NCBI GenBank assembly: GCA_049611325.1
Contig: JBMZAL010000001.1
Coordinates: 1-36,248 of the forward strand
Direction of reading: 5' to 3'
DNA from: Flavobacteriales bacterium
GTDB lineage: Bacteria; Bacteroidota; Bacteroidia; Flavobacteriales_D; Sanyastnellaceae
Length of the DNA: 36,248 bases
The position numbers and the translations under genes are program-made. This document shows positions 23,963 through 31,603 of this stretch, in pieces (the first letter of the stretch is position 1; each line of letters begins with the position of its first letter). Under the pieces are notes generated by a model, which saw nothing but the letters and a program-made list of their open reading frames with translations, was not told the DNA's origin and made no database searches.

Positions 23963-26365
23963 ATGATTCTCTCGCCTGCACGCGCTCTTCGGAGCCTCTC
24001 CTTGTTCGCCATGTCCCTTGGTGTTGTTGTGGTCAACCAGGCCTCGGCCCAATGTTCTGAGTCAGAGAGCGCCCTCGTTGTGGAAGTCACCACGGATGGC
24101 TACCCAAGCGAAATTTCTTGGGAAGTGGTCATGGGCGGGGAAGTCGTGTTGAGCGGAGGGCCGTATTCTGAGGGCGGCACGATGTACGCAGACACGTTGT
24201 GTTTTCCATCCTCTGACGAGCCTTGCATTCAATTCGAGATTTTTGATTCGTTTGGCGACGGCATTTTTGATCCCGGAGGGTACAATGTGTACCTCGATGG
24301 CCAAACTGTGGCCTCCGGCGGTGACTACGGCGACTCGGATGGCGCCTTGTTCGCGTGTGCTCCGGGGGAAACGTGCAATGATGCGATTGCGTTGACCGAA
24401 TCAGACTACGGCACGGTCGCCTCTCCCGGAGACTCGTACTGGTACACCTTCACGCCAGAGTCCAACGGCATGTACAGCTTCAGCTCGTGCGGAAACGGCT
24501 GTGACACGCGGTTGTACATCTACGACTACTGCCAAATGGGCAACTTTGACGACACCAACGAAGGCTCCATCTACTATGACGACAATCAAGGAGGTTGCGG
24601 CGACGAGGCGCAATTGACCGTGTTGCTCGAGGCAGGTGTGACGTATTGGATTCGTTGGGCCTCTTTCGACGGTCCTTGCGCTGAGGCTTGGAGTTGGGAA
24701 TTCGGCTTTGCGGGTCCGCCCGCGGGGTGCATGGATCCTGAAGCCTGCAACTACAATCCCATGGCGGAGGAGGACAACGGCTCATGCATCTACCCGGGCG
24801 ATCCCGCGTGCAACGGTCCTGACCTCGTGGTGGTGGAGGAGGCCATCATCAGCAGTCTGCAGACGCAGGTGATGCAGGTGAGCGAATCGGATTGCTACAT
24901 CGATGAGGGATGCCTCAATGGTTACGGCGACCGTGAACTCGTTCGTTTCACGACCCACATCAAAAACATCGGTGACCTGGATTATTACATTGGGGTCCCC
25001 AGCGAGGATGGCAACAACCAGTTCGAGTGGGGAGATTGCCACGGCCACTGGCACCACAATGGCTACGCCAAGTACGATTTGTTTGACCTGAATGGAGATT
25101 TGATCCCAATCGGATTCAAGAACGGATTCTGTGTGATGGATTTGGAGTGCAGCGATGGCGGCACTTACCAATACGGTTGTGGCAACATGGGCATTTCTGC
25201 GGGATGTGGAGACATCTACGGCGCAGGGTTGAGCTGCCAGTGGATTGATGTCACCGACGTGGAAGACGGAACGTACTACCTCGTGGTCCGGGCCAACTAT
25301 GAATTCATTCCCGACGCGTTGGGCCGTGAAGAGATGGACTACGACAACAACCACGCTGCGGTGTGCATCAACCTCGACCGTACATCAGGTGCTTTGGTGG
25401 TGGAACACGTGGGGGGGTGTGAGCCCATCTACGACTGCAACGGGGTGATCTTTGGCACCGCCGAGATGGATTGCAATGGCGAGTGCGGAGGCACTGAACT
25501 CGTGGGCGACCTCGACAACAACGATGCGCAAGAGTATGCAGATGCTGTGGCTTACGTGGAAGGCATCCTCGGCAACGACTTGACAGCCTCTGCCTGCACG
25601 GACATCGACCAAGATGGCCACATCACGGTGAGCGATGCCGCGTTGATGTCGCAGTGCCAATGGTTCAATGAGGCTCATCAGCACCCAGACAGCAGCGGCG
25701 TGCACGACCGTTGCGAATTCCCCGTCCAAGAAATCATCAACATCTACGACACGGTGCATTTCATGGTGGCCGACGTGAATTGGGGCATGAACTTCTTCGA
25801 TGTGCACGTCTTGAATCCCCACAACCGCATCGTGGGGTACGAGCTTGACTTCTCTGGTGTCAGCATCAGCGATGCGGTGAGTTTGGCGGACCCGATCAAC
25901 TACGACATCGCGCCGTCGTTTGTGCCCGGGGGCAACAAGGTCATTGGCCTCAGCTACGACGGAGCGTCCTTCCACAAAAACCTTGAGTGGGTTCCTTTCC
26001 TGCGGGTGTACTGGGCCGACGCCGACGAGGAAGTGTGTTTGGCCGATGTGGTGGATGTGGTCAATGAGGCCTACGAGAACACCCTGCATACGCTTGTGGA
26101 TGGATGTGCCACCGACGTCATCACCATGGAAGCCGCCAAGTCGGTTCAGGTAATGCCCAACCCCATGGGCGACTTCAGCACGGTTCGGTTCCCACTTGGC
26201 GTTTGGGACCTGGAAGTCATGGACGTGCAAGGGCGCATCATCCTTCAGCGTCGCGTTTCTGGCAGAACAACATCGCTCCTCCGCGAGGACCTCGGGGCCG
26301 GGAGCTACGTCTTGCGTTTGCAAAATGAACAAGCATCAGCCGTGGTTCGTTTTGAAGTTCGTTGA
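23963..26365 (+). CDS. T9SS-secreted lysyl-oxidase-like (LOX) copper amine oxidase with accessory modules
   Basis: Signal peptide MILSPARALRSLSLFAMSLGVVVVNQASAQ. Domains in order are a TD-W module (24053-24358), a PPC-like domain, one GCMDPEACNYNPMAEEDNGSC motif (24725-24793) and a LOX catalytic domain (24815-25381). These are followed by EF-hand/dockerin-like loops, a cohesin-like beta domain and a type A T9SS domain (26144-26362, VQVMPNPMGDFSTVRF...GAGSYVLRL...FEVR). Confidence 0.9.
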   Translation: MILSPARALRSLSLFAMSLGVVVVNQASAQCSESESALVVEVTTDGYPSEISWEVVMGGEVVLSGGPYSEGGTMYADTLCFPSSDEPCIQFEIFDSFGDGIFDPGGYNVYLDGQTVASGGDYGDSDGALFACAPGETCNDAIALTESDYGTVASPGDSYWYTFTPESNGMYSFSSCGNGCDTRLYIYDYCQMGNFDDTNEGSIYYDDNQGGCGDEAQLTVLLEAGVTYWIRWASFDGPCAEAWSWEFGFAGPPAGCMDPEACNYNPMAEEDNGSCIYPGDPACNGPDLVVVEEAIISSLQTQVMQVSESDCYIDEGCLNGYGDRELVRFTTHIKNIGDLDYYIGVPSEDGNNQFEWGDCHGHWHHNGYAKYDLFDLNGDLIPIGFKNGFCVMDLECSDGGTYQYGCGNMGISAGCGDIYGAGLSCQWIDVTDVEDGTYYLVVRANYEFIPDALGREEMDYDNNHAAVCINLDRTSGALVVEHVGGCEPIYDCNGVIFGTAEMDCNGECGGTELVGDLDNNDAQEYADAVAYVEGILGNDLTASACTDIDQDGHITVSDAALMSQCQWFNEAHQHPDSSGVHDRCEFPVQEIINIYDTVHFMVADVNWGMNFFDVHVLNPHNRIVGYELDFSGVSISDAVSLADPINYDIAPSFVPGGNKVIGLSYDGASFHKNLEWVPFLRVYWADADEEVCLADVVDVVNEAYENTLHTLVDGCATDVITMEAAKSVQVMPNPMGDFSTVRFPLGVWDLEVMDVQGRIILQRRVSGRTTSLLREDLGAGSYVLRLQNEQASAVVRFEVR
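24815..25381 (+). other. Lysyl oxidase catalytic domain (PF01186-like)
   Basis: GPDLVV...DCYIDEGCL...RELVRFTTHIKNIGDLDY...FEWGDCHGHWHHNGYAKYDLFDL...GFKNGFCVMDLEC...GCGDIYGAGLSCQWIDVTDVEDGTYYLVV...DYDNNHAAVCI is colinear with the human LOX catalytic domain as remembered (PDLV...LLRFPQRVKNQG..DF...WEWHSCHQHYH...GHKASFCLEDT.C...[25 protein letters not shown]...DYTNNVVRCDI). Confidence 0.85.
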
Positions 26366-29300
26366 TGAGAACCCCAATCACTTTGAAGACCACTCCCATG
26401 CGCCTTTGGAACACGCTTTTCTTGCTGGCATGTTTGCCCACGATCGGACTGGCACAAGTCGTCATCAATGAATTCTCGTGCAGCAACTACACCCTCGGCA
26501 TTGCGGGGGACAACGAAGATTTTGTCGAGTTCTACAATCCCAGTGGGGCCAATGTGGATTTGGGCGGGTACTTCTTGTCAGACAACCCTGCCAACCCGGA
26601 CAAATTTGAAATCCCTGCAGGCACCGAAGTTCCGGCAGGGGGGTATTTGATGGTGATGTGTTCTGCCGAAGGGGAACTTCTGACCAACCTCTATGTCGGG
26701 GGATTCTTGAACACCAATTTCAAAATCAACCAGTGTCAAGGGGAGTCGCTTGTTTTCTCAGATCCGGCCGGCAACATTTTGGAGAGTTACACCTATGGTG
26801 CTGACATCCACACCACGCAGGCGGACCACAGCTGGGCGAGAAGTGTGGATGGAGATGCCTCCTGGGAGGTTTGTGTGATGCCTTCACCAGGTGCGGCAAA
26901 CGGGATGGATCCGTTTGACATGTACACAGGGTATGCACCGACCCCCATTTTCAATGTGGAAGCGGGTTATCACACAGGGGCGCTGAGCATCACGCTTTCG
27001 ACACCTGCAGGGTTCGACATTTACTACACATTGGATGGTTACACGCCCACCGAGGGCAGCACACTCTACACCGGTCCCATCGACATTTCATCGACAACGG
27101 TTGTCAGGGCCATCGCATTCGATCCAAACGACGATGTTCCACCCAGTGTGGCACCGAGTTTTGTGGCGACCAACACCTACTTCCTTGGGGCAGATGCCCA
27201 CTCCATTCCAGTGGTTTCAGTCAGTGGAAACGGTCAAGAAGATGGCGCGTGGGGCTGGGGAGGCAATGACGAGTTGGCCCACGTCGAGTTTTTCCATGCG
27301 GATGGCACATTTTGGGTGGAGGCCTCGGGGGACAGCAATGAACACGGAAATGACAGCAATGCCTACGGTCAACGCGGGTTTGATTGCATCATCCGAGATC
27401 AAATGGGGTACAATCATGCCTTTGAGGCTGAGCTCTTCCATGTGAAGGAAAGAGATGAATACCAGCGTTTGATTTTCAAGGCTGCGGCCAACGACAACTA
27501 TCCCTTCGAGCCAGGAGCGCACATTCGGGATGCATACGTGCACACCCTGAGTCACCTTGCCGATTTGAAGCTCGATGAGCGGACCAACGAGAGCTGCATT
27601 GTCTACCTCAATGGCCAGTACTGGGGCGTGTATGAATACCGTGAGAAGGTGGACGACACGGACTTTACGGAAGAGTACTACGACCAAACCCGTCATTTCG
27701 TGGACTTCCTCAAAACATGGGGAGGGACTTGGGAAGAGTACGGTTCAGGCGACGATTGGTACGACCTCGTCACCTTCTGCACAACGCAAGACATGACGGT
27801 GGATGCGAACTACGAATACGCGGTGTCGCAATTGCACCCCATGTCGTTGATCGACTATTTCATTCTGAACAGTTACATCGTTTCGGCAGACTGGTTGAAT
27901 TGGAACACGGCGTGGTGGCGTGGCCGCCATCCCGATGGAGATGCCAAACGTTGGCGCTACGCCTTGTGGGACATGGACGCGAGTTTTGGGCACTACATCA
28001 ACTACTCGGGGGTTCCCGACACAGGGCCCACTGCGGATCCATGCAACCCAGAAAGCATGGGCAATTTGGGTGGGCAAGGACACATTCCGGTGCTCAATGC
28101 GTTGCTCGAGAACGAGACTTTTTGGAACACCTACATCAACCGCTGGGCTGACTTGGGGAACACGGCGTTCACATGCACGAACATGCATGCAGTGCTCGAC
28201 AGCATGGTGCAGGTCATCACGCCCGAGATGCCACGCCAAATGGTTCGCTGGGGCGGCAACATGGCAGGCTGGGAAAACGAGCTTCAGGAATTGCGCGACT
28301 TCATTGACAGCCGCTGCGAGGACGAAGTGGTGGGGGGCATGGAAGACTGCTACGACGTGGTGCCTGTGAACCTGACCTTGGACATTGTTGGACAAGGAGA
28401 GGTCCAGGTGAACTCGGTGGATTTCAACCCCTCCATGGTGCCCTACACTGCGTGGTATTTTGCCGATGTTCCGGTGGCGCTTGAGGCGGAAGAGTCGTTT
28501 GGGGTGGCCTTTTTGTACTGGGAGGTCGTGTCCGGGGACGTCACGATAGCCGACGTCACAGACCCTGTACTGCCCTTGACACTCACTGGGGATGCACACA
28601 TTGTGGCGCACTTTGGAATCCCCGTACCTCCTGAGGAAGTGACCTTTTCTGTCAGCCCTGTGGGTTCTGGATTCATCGTGATTGACGGCACCACCATCAA
28701 CACATACCCCACCACGGATTTGGTGAATGTGGGGAACCACAACTTGCTTGCACAGCCCAACGAGTGGTGGGCCTTTTCCCACTGGTCTTGGAACGGCAAC
28801 GTCATCAACCCCGATGCCGGAGCCTCCCCCGCGCAATTGGAGGTCTTCGAACCAGGTTCGGTGACAGCGCATTTCGTTGAAATCCCACACACGAACTTGA
28901 CTGTGCTGGTGTCTCCACCTCAGGCCGGTCAAGTGCGGGTCGTGGACATGGCGATGGTGGAGGACAGTTGGAACATGTCTTTTGAGCCCGTGGGGCCGGT
29001 GGTGTTTGAGGCCCTGACAGAAGAAGAGTGGCAGTTCAGCCATTGGGAAGTGGCCGTGTCCACGCCCTTGCCAGAGGACAAGGCCAATCCCATGGCCCTG
29101 ACCTTGACGGACGTGCCCTACGAAATTGTGACGGCGCACTTCGAGCCGGTGGAGTTCCACCTGTACGTACCCAACGCATTCACGCCTGACAACGATGGGG
29201 TGAACGACGCGTTCCATCCTCTGGGAGCGGGATTTGAGGGAAGTTCATACTCCTTCAGTGTCTTCAACCGTTGGGGGGAGGTGGTGTTTGCCACTGACGA

Positions 29301-29448
29301 CCCAGAGCAGCCGTGGATTGGCCAAAACAACCAAAAGCTAGGCACCCACTTCGTTCCTGACGGGGTGTACGGATACCGTGTCGAGGCACAAGGCTACCAC
29401 GAACTTGTTCCCACCGTGTTGCGGGGGACAGTGACGGTCGTTCGTTGA
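26365..29448 (+). CDS. T9SS (type B C-terminal domain) secreted LTD-CotH protein (CotH kinase-like)
   Basis: Signal peptide ...MRLWNTLFLLACLPTIGLAQ. The lamin-tail domain is VVINEFSCSN...DFVEFYNPSGANVDLGGYFLSD...AGGYLMV. A chitobiase-C-like segment is present (DIYYTLDGYTPT..STLYTGPIDISSTTVVRAIAF). The CotH core is (LIFKAAANDN...IRDAYVHTLSH...VYLNGQYWGVYEYREKVD). Three ~85-aa repeats each end in [VI][VT]AHF. The gliding-motility type C-terminal domain is YVPNAFTPDNDGVNDAFHP...GVYGYRV (29155-29445). Possible starts are ATG 26365 (shares one base with the LOX stop), ATG 26398 and the ORF-track TTG 26362. Confidence 0.88.
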   Translation: MRTPITLKTTPMRLWNTLFLLACLPTIGLAQVVINEFSCSNYTLGIAGDNEDFVEFYNPSGANVDLGGYFLSDNPANPDKFEIPAGTEVPAGGYLMVMCSAEGELLTNLYVGGFLNTNFKINQCQGESLVFSDPAGNILESYTYGADIHTTQADHSWARSVDGDASWEVCVMPSPGAANGMDPFDMYTGYAPTPIFNVEAGYHTGALSITLSTPAGFDIYYTLDGYTPTEGSTLYTGPIDISSTTVVRAIAFDPNDDVPPSVAPSFVATNTYFLGADAHSIPVVSVSGNGQEDGAWGWGGNDELAHVEFFHADGTFWVEASGDSNEHGNDSNAYGQRGFDCIIRDQMGYNHAFEAELFHVKERDEYQRLIFKAAANDNYPFEPGAHIRDAYVHTLSHLADLKLDERTNESCIVYLNGQYWGVYEYREKVDDTDFTEEYYDQTRHFVDFLKTWGGTWEEYGSGDDWYDLVTFCTTQDMTVDANYEYAVSQLHPMSLIDYFILNSYIVSADWLNWNTAWWRGRHPDGDAKRWRYALWDMDASFGHYINYSGVPDTGPTADPCNPESMGNLGGQGHIPVLNALLENETFWNTYINRWADLGNTAFTCTNMHAVLDSMVQVITPEMPRQMVRWGGNMAGWENELQELRDFIDSRCEDEVVGGMEDCYDVVPVNLTLDIVGQGEVQVNSVDFNPSMVPYTAWYFADVPVALEAEESFGVAFLYWEVVSGDVTIADVTDPVLPLTLTGDAHIVAHFGIPVPPEEVTFSVSPVGSGFIVIDGTTINTYPTTDLVNVGNHNLLAQPNEWWAFSHWSWNGNVINPDAGASPAQLEVFEPGSVTAHFVEIPHTNLTVLVSPPQAGQVRVVDMAMVEDSWNMSFEPVGPVVFEALTEEEWQFSHWEVAVSTPLPEDKANPMALTLTDVPYEIVTAHFEPVEFHLYVPNAFTPDNDGVNDAFHPLGAGFEGSSYSFSVFNRWGEVVFATDDPEQPWIGQNNQKLGTHFVPDGVYGYRVEAQGYHELVPTVLRGTVTVVR

Positions 29449-29465
29449 GGAAAGGACTTCTGGCC

Positions 29466-30293
29466 ATGTTGACGTCCGTGGTGTTGTACACCTCGGCCAA
29501 CCTGTGTGTTAAGGAGCTTTCTCATTTGGGCACGTTCCAGCTTGTCTTTCTTCGATCTGCCGTGTCATTGTTGTTGTGTGTGGTGTACCTGCGTCGCATG
29601 GGCATCTCACTTTTGGGGAACAACAGGGGATGGTTGGTTGTGCGAGGAATCGCCGGGATGTTCGGCTTGGCTGGGTTCTTTCATACCGTCAAGTACATTC
29701 CTCTGGCCAGTGCCACAGTGATTCAATATTTCAGTCCTGTATTCACGGTCTTGCTTGCGTCTCTTTTTTTGAACGAACGGGTTCATCGCTCGCAGTGGTT
29801 GTTTCTCGGACTTGCACTCCTCGGAATTGTGATGGTCAAAGGGGTTGATCCACGGGTGCCTTGGGGGATGTGGGGGTTGGGCCTGTCGTCGGCTTGCTTT
29901 GCGGCAGTGGCCTACCTCGCCACCATGAAATGTCGAGATACCGACCATCCCGTGGGGGTGGTGATTTGGTTTCACCTGTTGGCCGTGCCCGTCATGGGCA
30001 CGTTGTCATGGGGTGATTGGTCTCCCATGACGGACACGGATTGGGGCCTTGCACTGGCCATCGGCGTGTTGAGCATTTCGGCGCAGGTCTTGATGACCGT
30101 GGCGTTGCACAACGAAGATGCAGGCATGGTGATGCCCTTCAAGTACCTCGGTGCCGTGCTCGCACTGGCCATTGGGTGGTGGGGTTATGGGGAAAGCATG
30201 TCGACGATGAGCCTTGCAGGCATGGCCTTGGTCGTGGCCAGCATTTCAGCCAACACGGTGTTGAAAGCGCGGCGCTCAGCTTCGGCCGCGTGA
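29466..30293 (+). CDS. EamA/DMT family transporter
   Basis: About ten TM segments in two EamA-like halves, with ...IPLASATVIQYFSPVFTVLLASLFLNERV.... I prefer ATG 29466. The ORF-track start at 29445 is a TTG overlapping the CotH stop. Confidence 0.85.
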   Translation: MLTSVVLYTSANLCVKELSHLGTFQLVFLRSAVSLLLCVVYLRRMGISLLGNNRGWLVVRGIAGMFGLAGFFHTVKYIPLASATVIQYFSPVFTVLLASLFLNERVHRSQWLFLGLALLGIVMVKGVDPRVPWGMWGLGLSSACFAAVAYLATMKCRDTDHPVGVVIWFHLLAVPVMGTLSWGDWSPMTDTDWGLALAIGVLSISAQVLMTVALHNEDAGMVMPFKYLGAVLALAIGWWGYGESMSTMSLAGMALVVASISANTVLKARRSASAA

Positions 30294-30689
30294 AGCCAAC
30301 TTCATGCCCATCCACGCACACGGCAGGACCATGGCCACCGTGGCGATGGACAAGGCAGGGCCGTGGTCCACGCGAAAGACATCGAACACTGCGCCTGCCG
30401 CATACAAAGCAGTAAGGGCCCAAGCCTCCAGAGGTTGATTGCGGGAAAAGCGACGCACCAGCCAAGTGCCAAGCACCATGCCCAACCCTGTGGAGAGAAG
30501 GCGACCTGCATGTGCGGCGGGGGGCAGGGCAGCCAGAAATTCACTCACTTGCAAGGCGTCATTTACGGCAGGACGGGAAATGCCTTCTGAGAGGCGGTCT
30601 TGCAGCGCTTGTCCGAGTCCCCATCCTACCAAGGTGCTGAGGAAAAACCCTGCAGCCACGCGAAGGGATGCTTGCAACAGGTTGGCCAT
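30276..30689 (-). CDS. Hypothetical 137-aa membrane protein, last gene of the icmF operon
   Basis: MANLLQASLRVAAGFFLSTLVGWGLGQ... has ~4 hydrophobic segments. Its ATG (30687-30689) overlaps the aminotransferase stop as ATGA. Only this 3' part of ORF-track entry 30276..31235 is considered coding. Confidence 0.6.
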   Translation of the reverse strand: MANLLQASLRVAAGFFLSTLVGWGLGQALQDRLSEGISRPAVNDALQVSEFLAALPPAAHAGRLLSTGLGMVLGTWLVRRFSRNQPLEAWALTALYAAGAVFDVFRVDHGPALSIATVAMVLPCAWMGMKLASRGRS

Positions 30690-31600
30690 CACGAGAAGGG
30701 CAGGGTGACGAAGGGAATGCGGCTGGGGTAAGCCTCTTGGAGTCTCAACGTCAGGGGGCCAGGGCCTTGCCGTTCTGCGGGGCCAATGCGGCGTCCGTCG
30801 ACTTCTGCAATGTGGGCCAGACCGCCCATGGTTCCTGTGGTGAAGGCCTCGTCTGCCGTGTAGAGTTGGGTCAAGCTGAAGTCGCCTTCCTGCACCGGGA
30901 TGCCCAATTCTCTCGCCAAGTCCAAGGTGTAGGCACGTGTGATGCCCGGCAGGCAGGCGTGCCCGAATGGGGTGCACAGGACGCCATCTCGGATCAAGAA
31001 CAAATTCGTGGCATTGGTCTCGGCGAGGAACCCCCTGTCGTCGAGCATCACCGCATCGTCGGCACCCGCATGGTTGGCCTGGATTTTGGCGAGGATGTTG
31101 TTGAGCAGGTTGTTGTGGTGGATCTTGGAATCGAGGTAGGAGGGACCATTGCGTCGGATGGAGCTCGTGACGAGCTTGAGGTCCCCCGATCCGTACACCG
31201 CGCCCTTGTACTCCGGCAACACGATCAACGTGCACCCATGGACATTGAGTCTGGGGTCCATGCCTGACGTGGATTTCTCGCCACGCGTCAAGGTCAACCG
31301 GATGTGCACGCCATCAGTCATTCCGTTGGCCTCGAGGGTCTGGAACACGGCGTCTTGAACGGCTTGGGTTGTGGGAATGGCTTTAAACATCAACGTGTGC
31401 GCACTGTCCTGCAACCTTTGAAGGTGCTCCTCCATTTGGTAGATGCGTCCCCCGGCGACACGCAAACCTTCCCACACGGCGTCCCCGCCTTGGACCACGC
31501 TGTCGAGGACGCTGACACGCGCTTCCTCTCGTTTCACAAGTCCATCGACCCAGCACCACGTGCCGGCATTTCGGGGGTCAGGTTGGTTGAATTTGGCCAT
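30689..31600 (-). CDS. Class IV (fold type IV) PLP aminotransferase, BCAT/D-amino-acid aminotransferase-like
   Basis: 303 aa. Contains ...VSVLDSVVQGGDAVWEGLR..., HIRLTLTRG, the Lys region SYLDSKIHHNNLLNNILAKIQA, AETNATNLFLI and CLPGITR. Confidence 0.9.
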   Translation of the reverse strand: MAKFNQPDPRNAGTWCWVDGLVKREEARVSVLDSVVQGGDAVWEGLRVAGGRIYQMEEHLQRLQDSAHTLMFKAIPTTQAVQDAVFQTLEANGMTDGVHIRLTLTRGEKSTSGMDPRLNVHGCTLIVLPEYKGAVYGSGDLKLVTSSIRRNGPSYLDSKIHHNNLLNNILAKIQANHAGADDAVMLDDRGFLAETNATNLFLIRDGVLCTPFGHACLPGITRAYTLDLARELGIPVQEGDFSLTQLYTADEAFTTGTMGGLAHIAEVDGRRIGPAERQGPGPLTLRLQEAYPSRIPFVTLPFS

Positions 31601-31603
31601 GGT

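Noticed and set aside
27745-29217. 490-aa minus-strand ORF antisense to the CotH gene. Similar long antisense ORFs occur at 25385-26332, 19488-20339, 12041-12955, 33903-34916, 34393-35325 and 420-1244.
   Set aside because: The opposite strand encodes proteins with clear family signatures in every case. The antisense translations are Arg/His/Val/Gly-rich and low in complexity with no recognisable motifs. Long stop-free antisense frames are expected in GC-rich coding DNA.
13502-29448. Genomic island or mobile element carrying the secretome genes
   Set aside because: No integrase, transposase, tRNA attachment site or flanking direct repeats were seen. The large genes are interleaved with conserved housekeeping genes, and base composition looks uniform by eye.
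30690-31235. The upstream 180 codons of ORF-track entry 30276..31235 (319 aa)
   Set aside because: This part overlaps the class IV aminotransferase gene out of frame and translates to Pro/Arg/His-rich sequence. Only the portion from ATG 30689 (MANLLQ..., with hydrophobic TM segments) looks like a gene, and that ATG is coupled to the aminotransferase stop.
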